The notes under the pieces were generated by a model. The model was not told the DNA's origin. It did not search any database and saw only the letters and a program-made list of their open reading frames with translations. 64,000 nt of DNA from Guillardia theta CCMP2712 (lineage: Eukaryota; Protista; Cryptophyta), in NCBI RefSeq assembly GCF_000315625.1, contig NW_005434658.1:649139-713138 (forward strand), read 5' to 3'. A program made the translations under genes and the position numbers. Below, piece after piece: positions 36,375 to 48,821 of the stretch (positions are counted from its first letter, which is position 1; every line of letters begins with the position of its first letter).

Positions 36375-37167
36375 CAACAGCTCATACAACATTTATTGAA
36401 ATTTGAAATGAACCAAAGCATAACAGTCGTCGAATCAATTTCGATATACTTCATCAGAAACATTGGAATATATATCATTGAATAAACAAAAGATTATGTG
36501 CAGTCTTTCATGCGCCCCTTATTCCTTGAACAATAATTGGTTCTCAATTTCTGGTGAAATTGCCTTGAATATGTTTCACAGCGTGATAAACTGAAAGCAC
36601 GTAAACTAGTCTTTATCGGAATTTCATTAACTCTATCTTTCACTGGCAAAAAATACAGAACTAGAAAGCGCCCAATTAAGGTGTTATTGCTCCATCCAGG
36701 AACGATTCTGGATCCTCGTCCATTTCTCTGCTCATGTACCATGAGATCCACGAGACGTCTGCTCTAGCTTCTTCGCTCCCTTCAAAAACCTCGTCCAAGG
36801 CTCTAGCTTCCAAGACCATCGTTCCTTGTTGAGACGTGTTGCCTCCTGTTTCATCTAACACCTTAATTGGGCGCTTTCTAGTTCTGTATTTTTTGCCAGT
36901 GAAAGATAGAGTTAATGAAATTCCGATAAAGACTAGTTTACGTGCTTTCAGTTTATCACGCTGTGAAACATATTCAAGGCAATTTCACCAGAAATTGAGA
37001 ACCAATTATTGTTCAAGGAATAAGGGGCGCATGAAAGACTGCACATAATCTTTTGTTTATTCAATGATATATATTCCAATGTTTCTGATGAAGTATATCG
37101 AAATTGATTCGACGACTGTTATGCTTTGGTTCATTTCAAATTTCAATAAATGTTGTATGAGCTGTTG

Positions 37168-37784
37168 TTAGTATCTACCCCAATAAGGTGTTGTTGCTCC
37201 ATCCAGGAACGATTCTGGATCCTCGTCCATTTCTCTGCTCATGTACCATGAGATCCACGAGACGTCTGCTCTAGCTTCTTCGCTCCCTTCAAAAACCTCG
37301 TCCAAGGCTCTAGCTTCCAAGACCATCGTTCCTTGTTGAGACGTGTTGCCTCCTGTTTCATCTGCCACCCACTGCGGGGTCCAAGGTACTTCGAAAGCAT
37401 CTGCTCTCGCGGCGGCTGTCTCCTCATCGTGCGATGCCTCTACCTCTGCCAGCACGCTCTCGCTGGCCTCGCTTCCTCCTCCTAGCCTTGGCCTCGTGTA
37501 CGGCCAGCGGGAGAGTCCCAGCCGTCTGCAGGCACTCTTGAGGCTGGTGAGAGACAGTCCCTGATGACCCAGTCAGTGAGCAGCCACGTGTATCACAGAT
37601 GTCAGATATGGCTCACCAGCATCGCTGCTGCCTCCTCCTGCTTCACGCTGAAGAGAGGCTGGAGAGAAGTGATGCTGAGATGTACAGCACGAACAGGTTG
37701 CTCTGCGCTGGGTTTGCGAACGCGAGCATGGACACACACGGTTTGAAGAGGAGCGCGGGGAGAAGCTTGGTATGGCTGGGACAT
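37168..37784 (-). CDS. RWP-RK transcription factor, copy B (186 aa; intron 37561-37616)
   Basis: Mirror of copy A; ends WGRY* instead of WGRF*, and has ASPRAP instead of ASARAP. Confidence 0.9.
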
Positions 37785-37785
37785 A

Positions 37786-37895
37786 GGGAGAGGGGAGAGG
37801 AGGGGAGAGGAGGGGAGAGGAGGGGAGAGGAGGGGAGAGGAGGGGAGAGGAGGGGAGAGGAGGGGAGAGGAGGGGAGAGGAGGGGAGAGGAGGGG
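37786..37895. repeat. (AGGGGAGAGG)n repeat expanded in the right arm only
   Basis: Seen directly; the left arm has only a short version at ~35715-35755. Confidence 0.9.
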
Positions 37896-38466
37896 GGAGG
37901 GAGTGAGAGTATGTGTTGCGAACCGGTGGGGCGGCAGAGGATATCTAAACGGGAGGGGAGAGCAAGAAGTCTTAATATACAATTAATATTGTAAGACCTT
38001 ACTACACAATCTCTCGGCATCTCCTGTCATCATCTGCAGGAGTAAAACCGTTCGAGATTCAGCTTTAACCTCTTTACCCGGAGTTAGGCCTCCGAGTCAT
38101 ACTAGCTGGTTGGCCGGGCCCGTGACATCTGGACTCCGCTAGACTAGCCTGAGTCGGACTCCGCCGATCGGACAGCCCGCTGGGCCCGGCGCGGGCGGCC
38201 GCGGCGGCCCGGGGCGGCCGCTGTCCGCCGCTCAGTCCGAGTCGGACTGACCCGCCGGTCGGACGGCCCGGTCACCGTCACGGAGTGGCCGGGCTGTGCC
38301 TCCGAGGCCGAGGCTCCGGCCGGGAGCCTCGGACCGTTGACGCCCGGCCGGGGACTCGGGGCTCCGTCACAAGTTCCCGGTTGCACTGGCAGGCCCATAT
38401 ACGGTAGTACATGTCTCATTGAAAATTCAATTATGACCGGAGCATGGTATTTTTTCTTGCCAAGGC

Positions 38467-39780
38467 TCAGGCAAAAACTTTGGCCAGAACAGGATTTTGC
38501 TTGGATTTCTTTTTGGCTGAAGGATTTGAATCTTCAGCGACATTTCGCTTGAGCTGCAAAGGAACGGGTTCAGGGAGAAACCTTCTCATCAGAAAGGAAG
38601 GGAGCTTCTCACTTTGATTGCTTCTCTCTGCTTGAATGTCATTTCGATGTGTTTGCCTTTTCTAGGCTCCGTGTTGTCCCCTAGCTCGCTGCTTTGCTGG
38701 TTTTCTCCTCTTGCTTTCGACTTCTTCATCCGTTTACTTTGTTCCACCTACAGAGACATCAGACTTGCAACACCATCCAGCCCCTCTCACCTTCTCCAAA
38801 TAAAACTCCTTCTCCTTCTTTGCTTGGGCGATTTCTGCCTCCAGACGCTGCCTCCGCACCTGCGATGGTCAGAGTTACCAGCCGTGAAAAGGGTTGAAGA
38901 GGCCAGGGGCAAAAACAACAAGGGACCTGTTTATCGTATGCGATCTTCTCTGTGAGATGGTTCCATTTGAATTTTGACAGATACCTGCAAGGTGAGTAAG
39001 TTTGAGCATGCCACTTGCAGGACGGAAAGGGAAACAATCACTTGATGTTCCAGAGATCCGCCGAGTAGAAAGAGAACTGCTTTCCTCCTATTGGAGTTGT
39101 GTTGAGGGTTTTTGCTACCCTCTTTGCCACGGCCTTGTCTTCAAACTCGACCCATCCATCCACAAACGATTGTTTCTTGTTTCCTCCCATGGCCTTTCGT
39201 TTCTTTCTGATCGCTGGGTCCTCGGGGGTGAGATAAATTCGTCCTATTTTCCCGTGCTTTGATAGAAGGTGTCGCACTTTATCTGGTTTCATGTAGGGCG
39301 GTATCCTTGAGAGGTAGACCACACCCGTCTTGTCTTGTTTCGCTTGGAATGTTTTCAACTTCTTCAGTGTTAACGGCCCTTTCACCTTCGAGCTCGCATC
39401 CTTGTCTTTCTCTTGATCGTCATCGCTGTGTTGCTCTTCTTCTCCTCCTTCTTCATCCTCCTGCTCGCCGTCGTTGTCATCCTCGTCGTCGTCGTCGTCA
39501 TTCTCTCCGTTCTCCTCCTCGTCATTGTCTCCATTGTCCTCTCCATCAGAAAGGTCATCTTTGCCCTCGCCATCACGATCATCTTCGTCTTCGTCGTCAC
39601 CTCCATCTTCACTTAATTCTTCCTCTTCCTCTTCTTTATATCTTGCTTTCTCCGTCTTGTTCACCTTCTTCAGGTCATTTTTCTCCGCAGCAGCATCCGA
39701 CCGAGCTTTCAAGCTGTTGCTGGCCTTTTTGCCTTTAGTTTCCTTCATGTCTTCTTGCGCTTCCTTCCTGATGTCACCTG
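38467..39780 (-). CDS. ESF2: Pre-rRNA processing protein ESF2/ABT1; start approximate
   Basis: Acidic N-terminus, GVVYLSRIPPYMKPDKVRHLLS, GRIYLTPED, GWVEF, DLWNIK|YLSKFKWNHLTEKIAY; ends VLAKVFA*. Confidence 0.9.
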
Positions 39781-40189
39781 TCTTCGTTCTCCTCTCCTCT
39801 CCTCTCCTCTCCTCTCCTCTCCTCTCCTCTCCTCTCCTCGCCTCTCCTAATACTCTCTCCACATCGACTCATAAACAGCACGTGAAAATTGATGTAGACC
39901 GTTACAGACCGTTGTGCAGATTTTAACATCTGAGGCGGATCGCGAACGGACAGACGAGAATGTCCACCATGAGGGGAGAGGAAGGGACGGGAGGAGGAGG
40001 GGGAGAGTTGATGCCCAGGGATACGAGAGGAGGGAGAAAGAGGGAGGAAGAGGGTGGAAGAAAGATATGACGTGGATAGGCGAGGAAGGAGAGGGAGGGA
40101 GGGGTGTGAAATGCTTCTCGGATTTGCGCTAGGATTGCGCGGGAGGGCGGGAACAGCAGGGAGGTTAATTGTACCAGATGAACGGGCAT

Positions 40190-41034
40190 GGATGAAGTTT
40201 GTACAACTCCATGAGCCATCTGATACCGTTGCTGCAGCAGCGTCGAAGCCAACCATACCTCGTTGGAGCTAAACACACCTTATCGTGCCTTCAAACATGG
40301 AGGATTGCCGAATCTTCGAGGTCCCCGTTGCTGGGTGCCTGGGGCGGCTCTAACGTGGCGGCAGATCGGAACTCGTGTTGTCATGTGCCCGTCAAAGCGA
40401 TGGCAAGGGGTAGGCAGCATCAGCCGGCTTCACGACAACGGCACGACGTGTGCGGTGAAATGGGACTCGGGAAGGTGAGCTTGGTAGCGACGATTCACCT
40501 ACCAGGCTGAGACTGGGAAGCAGGCTGGACCGGTCCCTGCTCCTCTCAGACCTCATCGTCAAGAAGGCAGGAGGGACAGGCTTTTCTCCTTCCTCATCTC
40601 CCAAAGTGCTGAGGGCAGGCAGCCAGTCAGGAGCGGACAAGGAGCAGGAGCAGCCGAGCCAGTCGCATGCCTACGATGAGATGAATGGAGGGGAAGAGAA
40701 TCCCTCAGAAGAGATGTCTCGCTGGCAGGACGATGATGCTGACAGCGAGGAAAGGAAGGGAGGAAGCGGAGGAGGAGGAGGAGATGTTAAAACGAAAGAT
40801 CAACAGGTGCAGACAGACAGCTTCTTAGCTGGTGCACCAACGAGACCATGGACGGTGTCTCGTGCACAGCAGACTGATGAGTTCGAAGACGAGAAGGCCA
40901 TCTTGAAGTCAAGAGGCGGGAAGGACGCGTCTGCAGGAGGGAGGAACGCCTCTGGGCTGGGGCTGACCCTGCTGCTCCTCTCCACAGTCGCGCTGGTGTC
41001 CTTGTGCAAGGCGAAAAATTTCTCCCTGCTGTGA
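40190..41034 (+). CDS. Hypothetical protein with SH3-fold-like (Mib/Herc2-reminiscent) segment and C-terminal hydrophobic anchor
   Basis: IGTRVV...WQGVGSI...CAVKWDSG; C-terminal GLGLTLLLLSTVALVSLC; gene model uncertain. Confidence 0.4.
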
Positions 41035-41182
41035 GGGTCCGAGCAAACTTGAAAGCGATATCTTGTACATACTGACATTCACCCCGAAAAACCTTCATCG
41101 CAATAAAACGAGAACCTTTCAAGGAGTGCCAGCAGAGCACCTTGCTGTATCTCCTCCCTCCTCCCTCCTCCGGCCCCTCTGC

Positions 41183-42836
41183 TCAGCTCCATATCCTGAG
41201 CGTGTTGTCTGATCCCGCCGTAATCAGCATCTGTCCGTTGGGCTCGAACAAGACCGCCTGGACCGCCTCCTCATGTCCATCGAGGGTCGACAGGAACGAG
41301 CCGTCCTCAGTCGAGTAGATCTGCGAGACATCATCAACATGAAACAAGGGGAGGAGCGAGGAGGGGGGGGGAGGTGGGAAAGGTAGAGGGAGAGGGGGTG
41401 TAGAAGAAAGGAGGAAGGAGGGGATGGGTGAGGAGGGAGGAAGGAGGAGGGAGGGGGAAGGGAAGGAGAATGAGATGAGGAATGGGTGGTATGAGGGCGG
41501 ACAATGTTCTGTACAGAAGGACAGCAGAGAAACACAAAGCTATGAGGGCAGGAATGGAGAGAGAAAAGAACACAAAGAGGTGTAGGAGGCAGGAACAAGC
41601 AGAGGGGAAGGAAGAAGAGACATCGGGTTCAACCTTGATGGAATGATCGTCCGAAGTGACCGCCATGATCGTCCCGCTCCTGTCGATCGCGATCTTGTTG
41701 GCTGCGCTCGGACCGGCATTGACCTGCACCAGCTCAGGTGAGGGAGGAGTGCAGGGCTGAGGAGGAGGAGGAGGAGGAGGAGGAGAGCAATGAAGGAGTA
41801 TGGCGAGGAGCAGAGTTCAAGGGGCGATGAGGAGGAGGACGACAGAGGAGCAGGCGCCAAGGGATACCTGGAGCCTCTCTTGCACCATACGAACGTCCCA
41901 GAGGCGCACACCGCCATCGGCATCGGAGGAGGCGATCGTGTCGCCTCGGAGGTTGAACGCAACGTGGTTGCAGGAGTTGAGGTGACCGTAGAAGGTCTGG
42001 ATGCACAGCCCCGTCCTCGCGTCCCACAGGGAGACCGTCTTGTCCCCTGAGCAGGTGCAGATGTTGTTGGAGAAAGGCTGGAAGATGATTGCGTTGATGC
42101 TGTCCACATGCCCTCGCAGCGTCAGCCTGCACTTGCCCTTCCTGATGTCCCACAGCTTCGCCGTGTGGTCCATGCTGCAGGAGGCTAGGAAGTCCCCGCT
42201 GTCGTGGTAGGCGCATCCCCACACAGCCTGTGAATTGAAGCAGATTAGAAGGAGGAGGGGAACAGGACAAGAGAAGGAGGAGGGGAAGAGGAAGAGGAAG
42301 GGGAAGGGGAAGGGGAAGGTAGAGGTTTACCTGCGAGTGTTCAGTGAAGGTGGACAGGCACTTGCTCTTGGAGAAGTCCCACAGCTTCACCGTTCCATCC
42401 CCCGACGAGGTTGCCAGCTGTGCAGCCTTGGGATGGAAGTCGATGTCGGAGACCCAGGACTTGTGCCCTTCTCCAGTAAGCACAAGCTCTCCGCCCGGCA
42501 CTGACCACATCTTCCAGGTGTGATCGTCAGAGGCCGTTGCTATGATGTTCTTCTTCGGATGGAGGGCGACAGCTGAGATCGGAGCAATGTGCGCCTTGTA
42601 CGTCTTGCGCAGCTCGTACTTGTCGGCTCTCTGGGGGTCGAAGGAGAGGTTAAGGTACGGGTTCTCACGGTCTTGAAACGCAAGGAGGGAGGTGTCTGTG
42701 GAGAAGGCTGGTTGGGTCGTCTTCTTGTTGATCACTGTCGCCTCCCTGACTTGAGTTGTGCTCTTCGACTTCTCTTGTGGAGGAAGCGACGAAGACTGCA
42801 GACAAGTGAGTTGCCTGCCAGACAGAAGGAAACGAC

Positions 42837-42920
<84 letters not shown>

Positions 42921-43733
42921 GGCAGGGGCAGGGGCAGGGGCAGGGGCAGGAGGAATGAAGAAAGACCTGCTCTAGAGTTCCCTTGACCGAGGTCATTTGC
43001 GTCTGCCTCACTTGACTCTCCAGGGTATCTACACGAGTCTGCAGCCTATCAGACTGCAGTTTAGCCATGGCTTTCTCCTTCATGGCAATCTGGCGGCAAA
43101 CGTGAGCCCATCGGTCACACAGAAGATCCCGCAGGCTCCCATCCTCCCACTCCTCACCTGATACTTCTCCTCCAGCCCCTTGAGCGTTGGCTCGTAGGTC
43201 GCCAAGTGGGCCCTGAGCCGCCGCAGGTCGTTGACGAGCTTCGACTTCTCCTGCACGACTCGCCGGTGGTTCATGCGGTGGAAGTCCCTCTCCTTCCTGA
43301 ACTTGTCCCATGTACTCCTCGCCTTGTGCGCGATTTCCTTCGCCTTGTCCAGCTCAGCTCTTAGCGCCTTGACCTGGTTGTCAAGCTCCTGGTTCCTCTG
43401 GTAGACGTCTGCCACTATGCTGACGTCCTCAGGCGTCAACTCGCCTGCCGTTGTCTTCTCGTACCACTCGGTCTGAAAGCAATCGAGGGTCTTGGTCATC
43501 TTCATCTTGAGCAGGTAGTTGCGGATGAAGTCATCCACCAGCTCTGCTCGCTTGCCCACCAGCGGCTTCGGCTCCTTAGATTCCCTCTGCTCTGTCTGCT
43601 GCAGCCTGACTCGCATGAGAGCACTCTCCAGGTCCTCCTCCTCCTCCACTTCCTCGGCCTCAGGCTCGATGTCCACCTCCTCGTACTCGAAGTCATCTTC
43701 GCTGTCGATGGACAAGTCTTCCTCTGAAGCCAT
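41183..43733 (-). CDS. SPAG16: Central-pair WD40 protein PF20/SPAG16
   Basis: ELVDDFIRNYLLKMKMTKTLDCFQTEWYE, WDKFRKERDFHRMNHRRVVQEK, then WD40 repeats (ATASDDHTWKMW, SSGDGTVKLWD, CSMDHTAKLWD, CSGDKTVSLWD); ends DNTLRIWS*. Confidence 0.93.
42838..42951. repeat. (GCAGGA)n/(GCAGGG)n intronic hexamer repeat
   Basis: Seen directly. Confidence 0.95.
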
Positions 43734-43831
43734 CTCAGGCGTTCTGTTGTTGTCACGTTGACGACCCTGCGAGCAAATCAGCAGCAGCCCTAAATTTCAG
43801 TCGATCAATCTTCAGGCGGGAAGCTAGTGTT

Positions 43832-44238
<407 letters not shown>

Positions 44239-45280
44239 CACACGGGGGTCAGGGGGGAGCATGAGGAAACGCTGCGGAGAAGCATCAGAGCGCCCGTTGA
44301 ACCGTTTGAGCGAATGGAATAACGAAACAAAAAAGTTTTGGATCTTCCGCAGTATTCTTTAGTCAAAGCTAAGTAAAACATTAGTACCATATTATACGAA
44401 CGGTCCATATATATACAAAGGTTGACAGTAGCTGCTTGTGAATTTTGTTTAGAACTGTTCAAAATATCGATCACTATCACTCAAATATTCTTTTACCTAA
44501 TCATGTTTTAAATCGGATTGTCATCCGAGGCGGACCGTCGGACAGCGGATCGGACCGGCCGGGCCGGTCGGACTCCGGGACCCGGGATGCCGGGCCCTGG
44601 CGCCAGCCCGGGCCGGGCGGCTGCTCCTCACAAAGTTCTCTAGTTCGAAAGAGTCGAGTCCGGCCGCGCGGCAGTCGGAGCAGCTCCCGGTCGCCGCGAC
44701 TCTCGGTGAGGGCCTCCCGGGCGGCACGAGCCGAGCCTGTTCCCGACTCCCAAGTTGAAGCACGCGGCATGATTTCAAACTTCTGTTTGGCCCGGCCCGC
44801 CCCGGTCACACCAAGGGGCTGAACTTCGGAAACCGGGGGCCGCAGTGGACCGGTTCACTTGAGCCCGGAGTCAACGGTTTGGGGGCTCGGGCCCGGCCGC
44901 CCGGACTCAGTTCCGGGAACTTCCGAAAGCAGTGCCGCAGTGCCACCCGGTGACGGGCAGTCTGAGTTAAGTCTTCGAATAAACTAACTGAGCCCGGTAA
45001 GTTGAACCTCTCAGGCTCCCAATTGCCAATGTGAACGGTTTGCCCTTTGTAGTCTATTATCAGTTCACTTATATATCTCACTTATTCACATGGTATCAAG
45101 TACAACACTGTTGAAGCCGCACAGCCTCGCACGTCGACCTCACACGTTCCTCTGATGCAGCAGCCGGGCTCGAGCTGGAATCACCCCAGCAGCTAACCTG
45201 CCTCTACCCCCCACCAAAAAAAAATTTCCCCCTTGCTGTCTTCCCCTACCAGCGCATGATCTCACTTCCCTCTTCTTCCC

Positions 45281-48051
45281 CTACAGCATGACGAGCTTTA
45301 CACCGAGCGGAAACTCGAGCTTCGCGGTGGACTCGTTGAAGACCTGGACAAGAGTCAGAGGAGGGCGGACGGGGAGCAGCCGACTGACCGTCATCTTGTA
45401 CAGGCGACACGCAGGGGGGCGAGACCCTTCTACAGCTTCGGCTCTCGTGAAGAAGAGGTGGGTCACCCACTGCTTGAATCTCGGGGGATGGATCAGTTGG
45501 CCCTTGCACGAGTAGAGAGTCTCGGACAGATCCTCTGAGCCGATCTCTTCCTCCTCCACGCCATGGCAGAGCATCTGCACCTGAGGAGAAGTCAACGGGG
45601 TGCGAGCAGGGTCGGTAGGCCCCCACTCACTTTGGTCTCCTCGCCGCTCTCGAGCCCTGCAGGCTGCCCGCTCAGCATGCGGTCGGCGATCATGGTGCCG
45701 GTCGCAAGGCGGAACTTGGTCCGCTCGTTGAAATTTCTGATGACGTCAAGCTCTTTGTCACCAGTCTCGAACAAGTGCGAGACAAGAGATTGTATCAGCA
45801 TCTGCTTGCTCTCTGGCTTCGTCATGATGATCCCGAACCATGCCTGCGCCAGCGCAGGGAGCGTGTCGTTGCGGTTCGACGCCCCGTGCTCGTAGACGAG
45901 CTCCAGGTACTTCCTGCTTCCGACGTCGTACACCCTATTCTTGATCAAGATCTCAATGTTGTCCTTCCTCTTCACCACCCAGTCAAGGATCATACGCTGC
46001 CCTCTCGTCGCCATCCCTTCCTCGAGGCTGGCGACCTGGTTCAGCTGCGTCATCCGCTCCTCGTCAAACCACATCTGGTTGACTGTGCTCCTCCTCTCCA
46101 GCAGTTCGTGGTGATCCCTGTTCCCCTCGTTGCTGATGGGGATGATCTCGAACTCTTGGGGGAAGGTGTACTCCTGCAGGCACCACATCCTGTTCTCGTA
46201 CCAATCTTCCTTCTCCAGCCTCGTGTCCCCAGAGTTGTCAAAGGCCAGCACAACCCCAGCTGAAGAGTAGAGCGCCACCATTCGAGGAATAAGAATGTTC
46301 CTCATTTCTCGTTTCTTCTCCTCGTATTCAAGGTCTTTCGCTTCACTGCTGTTCACTTGAGGGATACAGAACTGATCCATCCAGACATAGTCCTCTGTCT
46401 GCTTTGACAGAGCCTTGATCAGGGCGATCAACTGCGGTTCGATCATCGTCACCACCCAGTCGAAGCCGTCGCTGTTGCTGTGGCGAATCCTGAAGCATCG
46501 GGGAACACTCGAAGGATCATTCTGCTTCTTCATATAGAGTTTGCGGTCGGACCAGCGGTAGCTCAGCACCACGGCCAGTTCAACTCGATCTTGGCTGGCT
46601 AGGTACATGGGGACATCCATGGAACACTGGATGTCACCAGCATCCGACTCTTTCTGCTTTCCCTCGTCCTTGCCAGACTCTTGCGAGTCGTCCTTCGTGA
46701 CACCTGCTGCGTCCTCCTCGCCCTGGAGAACAACATGCGTGAAGTTTGATTCACGACTCTCCTCCAAGATCCGCTCCAGCTCTTTCACAAATGCAGATCG
46801 CAGCATAATCAAGCCGTAATTGTTGCGTTTTGGCCTATCCAGGAGATCCTTCACGCTGTATGACTTGTCATCCACAATGAAGATCGTACATGTCAGAAGA
46901 AAGCAGATGAAGAACAAGATGCTGGCAAATACATAAATTTGTCCCAGCGCACCCAAGTGAGATAGAGCACACCCTCCGAACCAAGGGATGTTCATGAAGA
47001 GATAAAAGGCTTGTAGAACTTTCCGCTTCGGGCGCGAACTCAGCATAAAGATCTTGCGGGACAAGCTCCACTTCTTCGGCAACTTTGCAGGCTTGTCCTT
47101 CTTCCTTCTCTTCAGTATCTTTTTCAAAGGATAAAATATCAAGTTGAGGACCCCAAAATCGATCAATGCCGTCACAAGCGTCACTGTGTACATGAAGGGA
47201 GCGAAGAGGTAGCGCCTCTTGGGGTTCACTGCTCCGTACGCTCCCAAGCTGATCACGAGGAATGGGATGAAGCCCAACCCAGCAATCACCACAGCGATAG
47301 ACTGGCGAAACTCTGTTCGCTGAACCCATGCTCCGATGACAGGAAACCTCCATTCCTTGATGGTCAAATTCTCTAGTTCCTTGGATTTCAAAGTGAAGTC
47401 GCTGCTGGAGCTCAGTACGACAGTCTTCAGGATGATGCCAAGTGATACTCCCAACCAAACAGCATATGCTGAGATGTAAAGCTGCAAATCACAGCTGAAA
47501 CAGCTGTTTGCACCATAGGCATACCCTGCTGCCGTGGGATCGCCCGCAAAAATGCACTGGCTGTTGTCGATGACAAAGAATTTGATGGTCATCGCGCAAA
47601 TCAACAGCAGCCATAGAAGGATTGCAGCGTCAACAAACCTGTTCATCGCACGGATCCTCGTCTTCTGTGCATCACACAAATCAGAGGTGCAGAGAGCTAG
47701 CGCAGTCCTATTCTCCTCTTTCACGCTTTGCCGCCACATCCCAAAGAGCGACTTGTAAAAGATCAGGAGCGTCCACCAGACACTGTGAAAGCAGAAAACC
47801 CCGACGCTGAGGTAGAACAAGGGGATGACTGCTCCCTTCGAAGCTCCCTCGAGGTCACGGAAGCATCTCCCTCGGAGGTATGACCACAAAAGAAAGTAGA
47901 GCAGCAGTAACAGTTGAACGACCGTGAGCCCTCTGATGAAGGTGGAGAAGGAGGACAGTTCTACTCCTGGAAGCTTGATATACATCCATTGCTTCTGACT
48001 GTGACTGGACACGTGGATCCTCTTGCTGTACATGCGATTGAGAGGCTGCAT
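45281..48051 (-). CDS. Multi-pass (~8 TM) membrane protein with C-terminal HET (heterokaryon-incompatibility, TIR-like) domain
   Basis: 819-aa ORF plus a last exon; eight hydrophobic segments in the first ~395 aa; HET motifs in order VLSYRWS, YVWMDQFCIPQ, RMVALYSSAGVVL, WYENRMWCLQE (~46580-46165). Confidence 0.8.
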
Positions 48052-48821
48052 GTTGCCACCGCTTTACTTCCACTTGTTTGATGTGGAGGAAGCGAAGGCC
48101 AGGAGTAGGTCAGATGCAACAAGATGACGCCTTCATCAGAGCCGTATCAACTTGTACTCTTGCCATGGCTCTGTATGCCTCCTCCCTTGCCCGCCATGCC
48201 CTCCTCCCGGGCTCAGCACCGATCCCAGCAGCCATGCTGCCGCATCCGTTGACCTCTTTAGAAGTGATTTTAATCGTTTACTCCAAAAGTTGAAAGCGAG
48301 ACCGTGACATTTGAATTCTCTTCAAAGTTAACCGCCCTGCCACCGCCAGCGCCGGGGCCCGGACCGGGCCCAGTTTCAGTGTCTCCGGGCTACAAGAACC
48401 GACCGTTCAACGGTTAGAAGTTGATTGACAACTGGCGGACGGTTGAAAGACTCCGACAACTGACCACCCCGCCGTCGCAAGTACCCTGGAGCTTCCTGGA
48501 GTACCCCAATGTTTCCCCGCTTATTCACGGGTAGATCATCACTACCGGCTCCTGGTCCACCCCCATTGCAATAGCAAGTTCACTGGTGGATTCACTGTCA
48601 GGGGGTATCTGAAATTTTATTGGACCTTTTCAATCATTGCATCAATGTGATCAAATGAGTCAAATATTGATGAAATCGGGATAGTCCCCTACTTTTTACC
48701 ACAATTTGCCGAGTAATTAGGGGTACTTTGCTAGCAAAGTATTTTTCCTGTGGGTGCATCATCTGAACATGATTTCAAACATTGGATGCTTTTGAGAATT
48801 CCCCTCTCCATAGGATTCTGC

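Larger units (their letters stand above)
35679..37939. repeat. Long inverted repeat (arms ~35679-36686 and 36856-~37939; 169-bp spacer)
   Basis: Mirrored ORFs and sequence with constant coordinate sum 73542 from 35754 inward; a few substitutions and a microsatellite length difference between arms. Confidence 0.97.

Noticed and set aside
36494-37048. Mirror ORFs of 85, 70 and 61 aa in the palindrome centre
   Set aside because: Antisense or fragmentary readings of the duplicated 3' region and exon fragment
14359-43733. Flagellar gene cluster (AK7, ODA-DC-like, PF20)
   Set aside because: Genes are far apart and interspersed with unrelated ones; flagellar genes are numerous, so chance suffices
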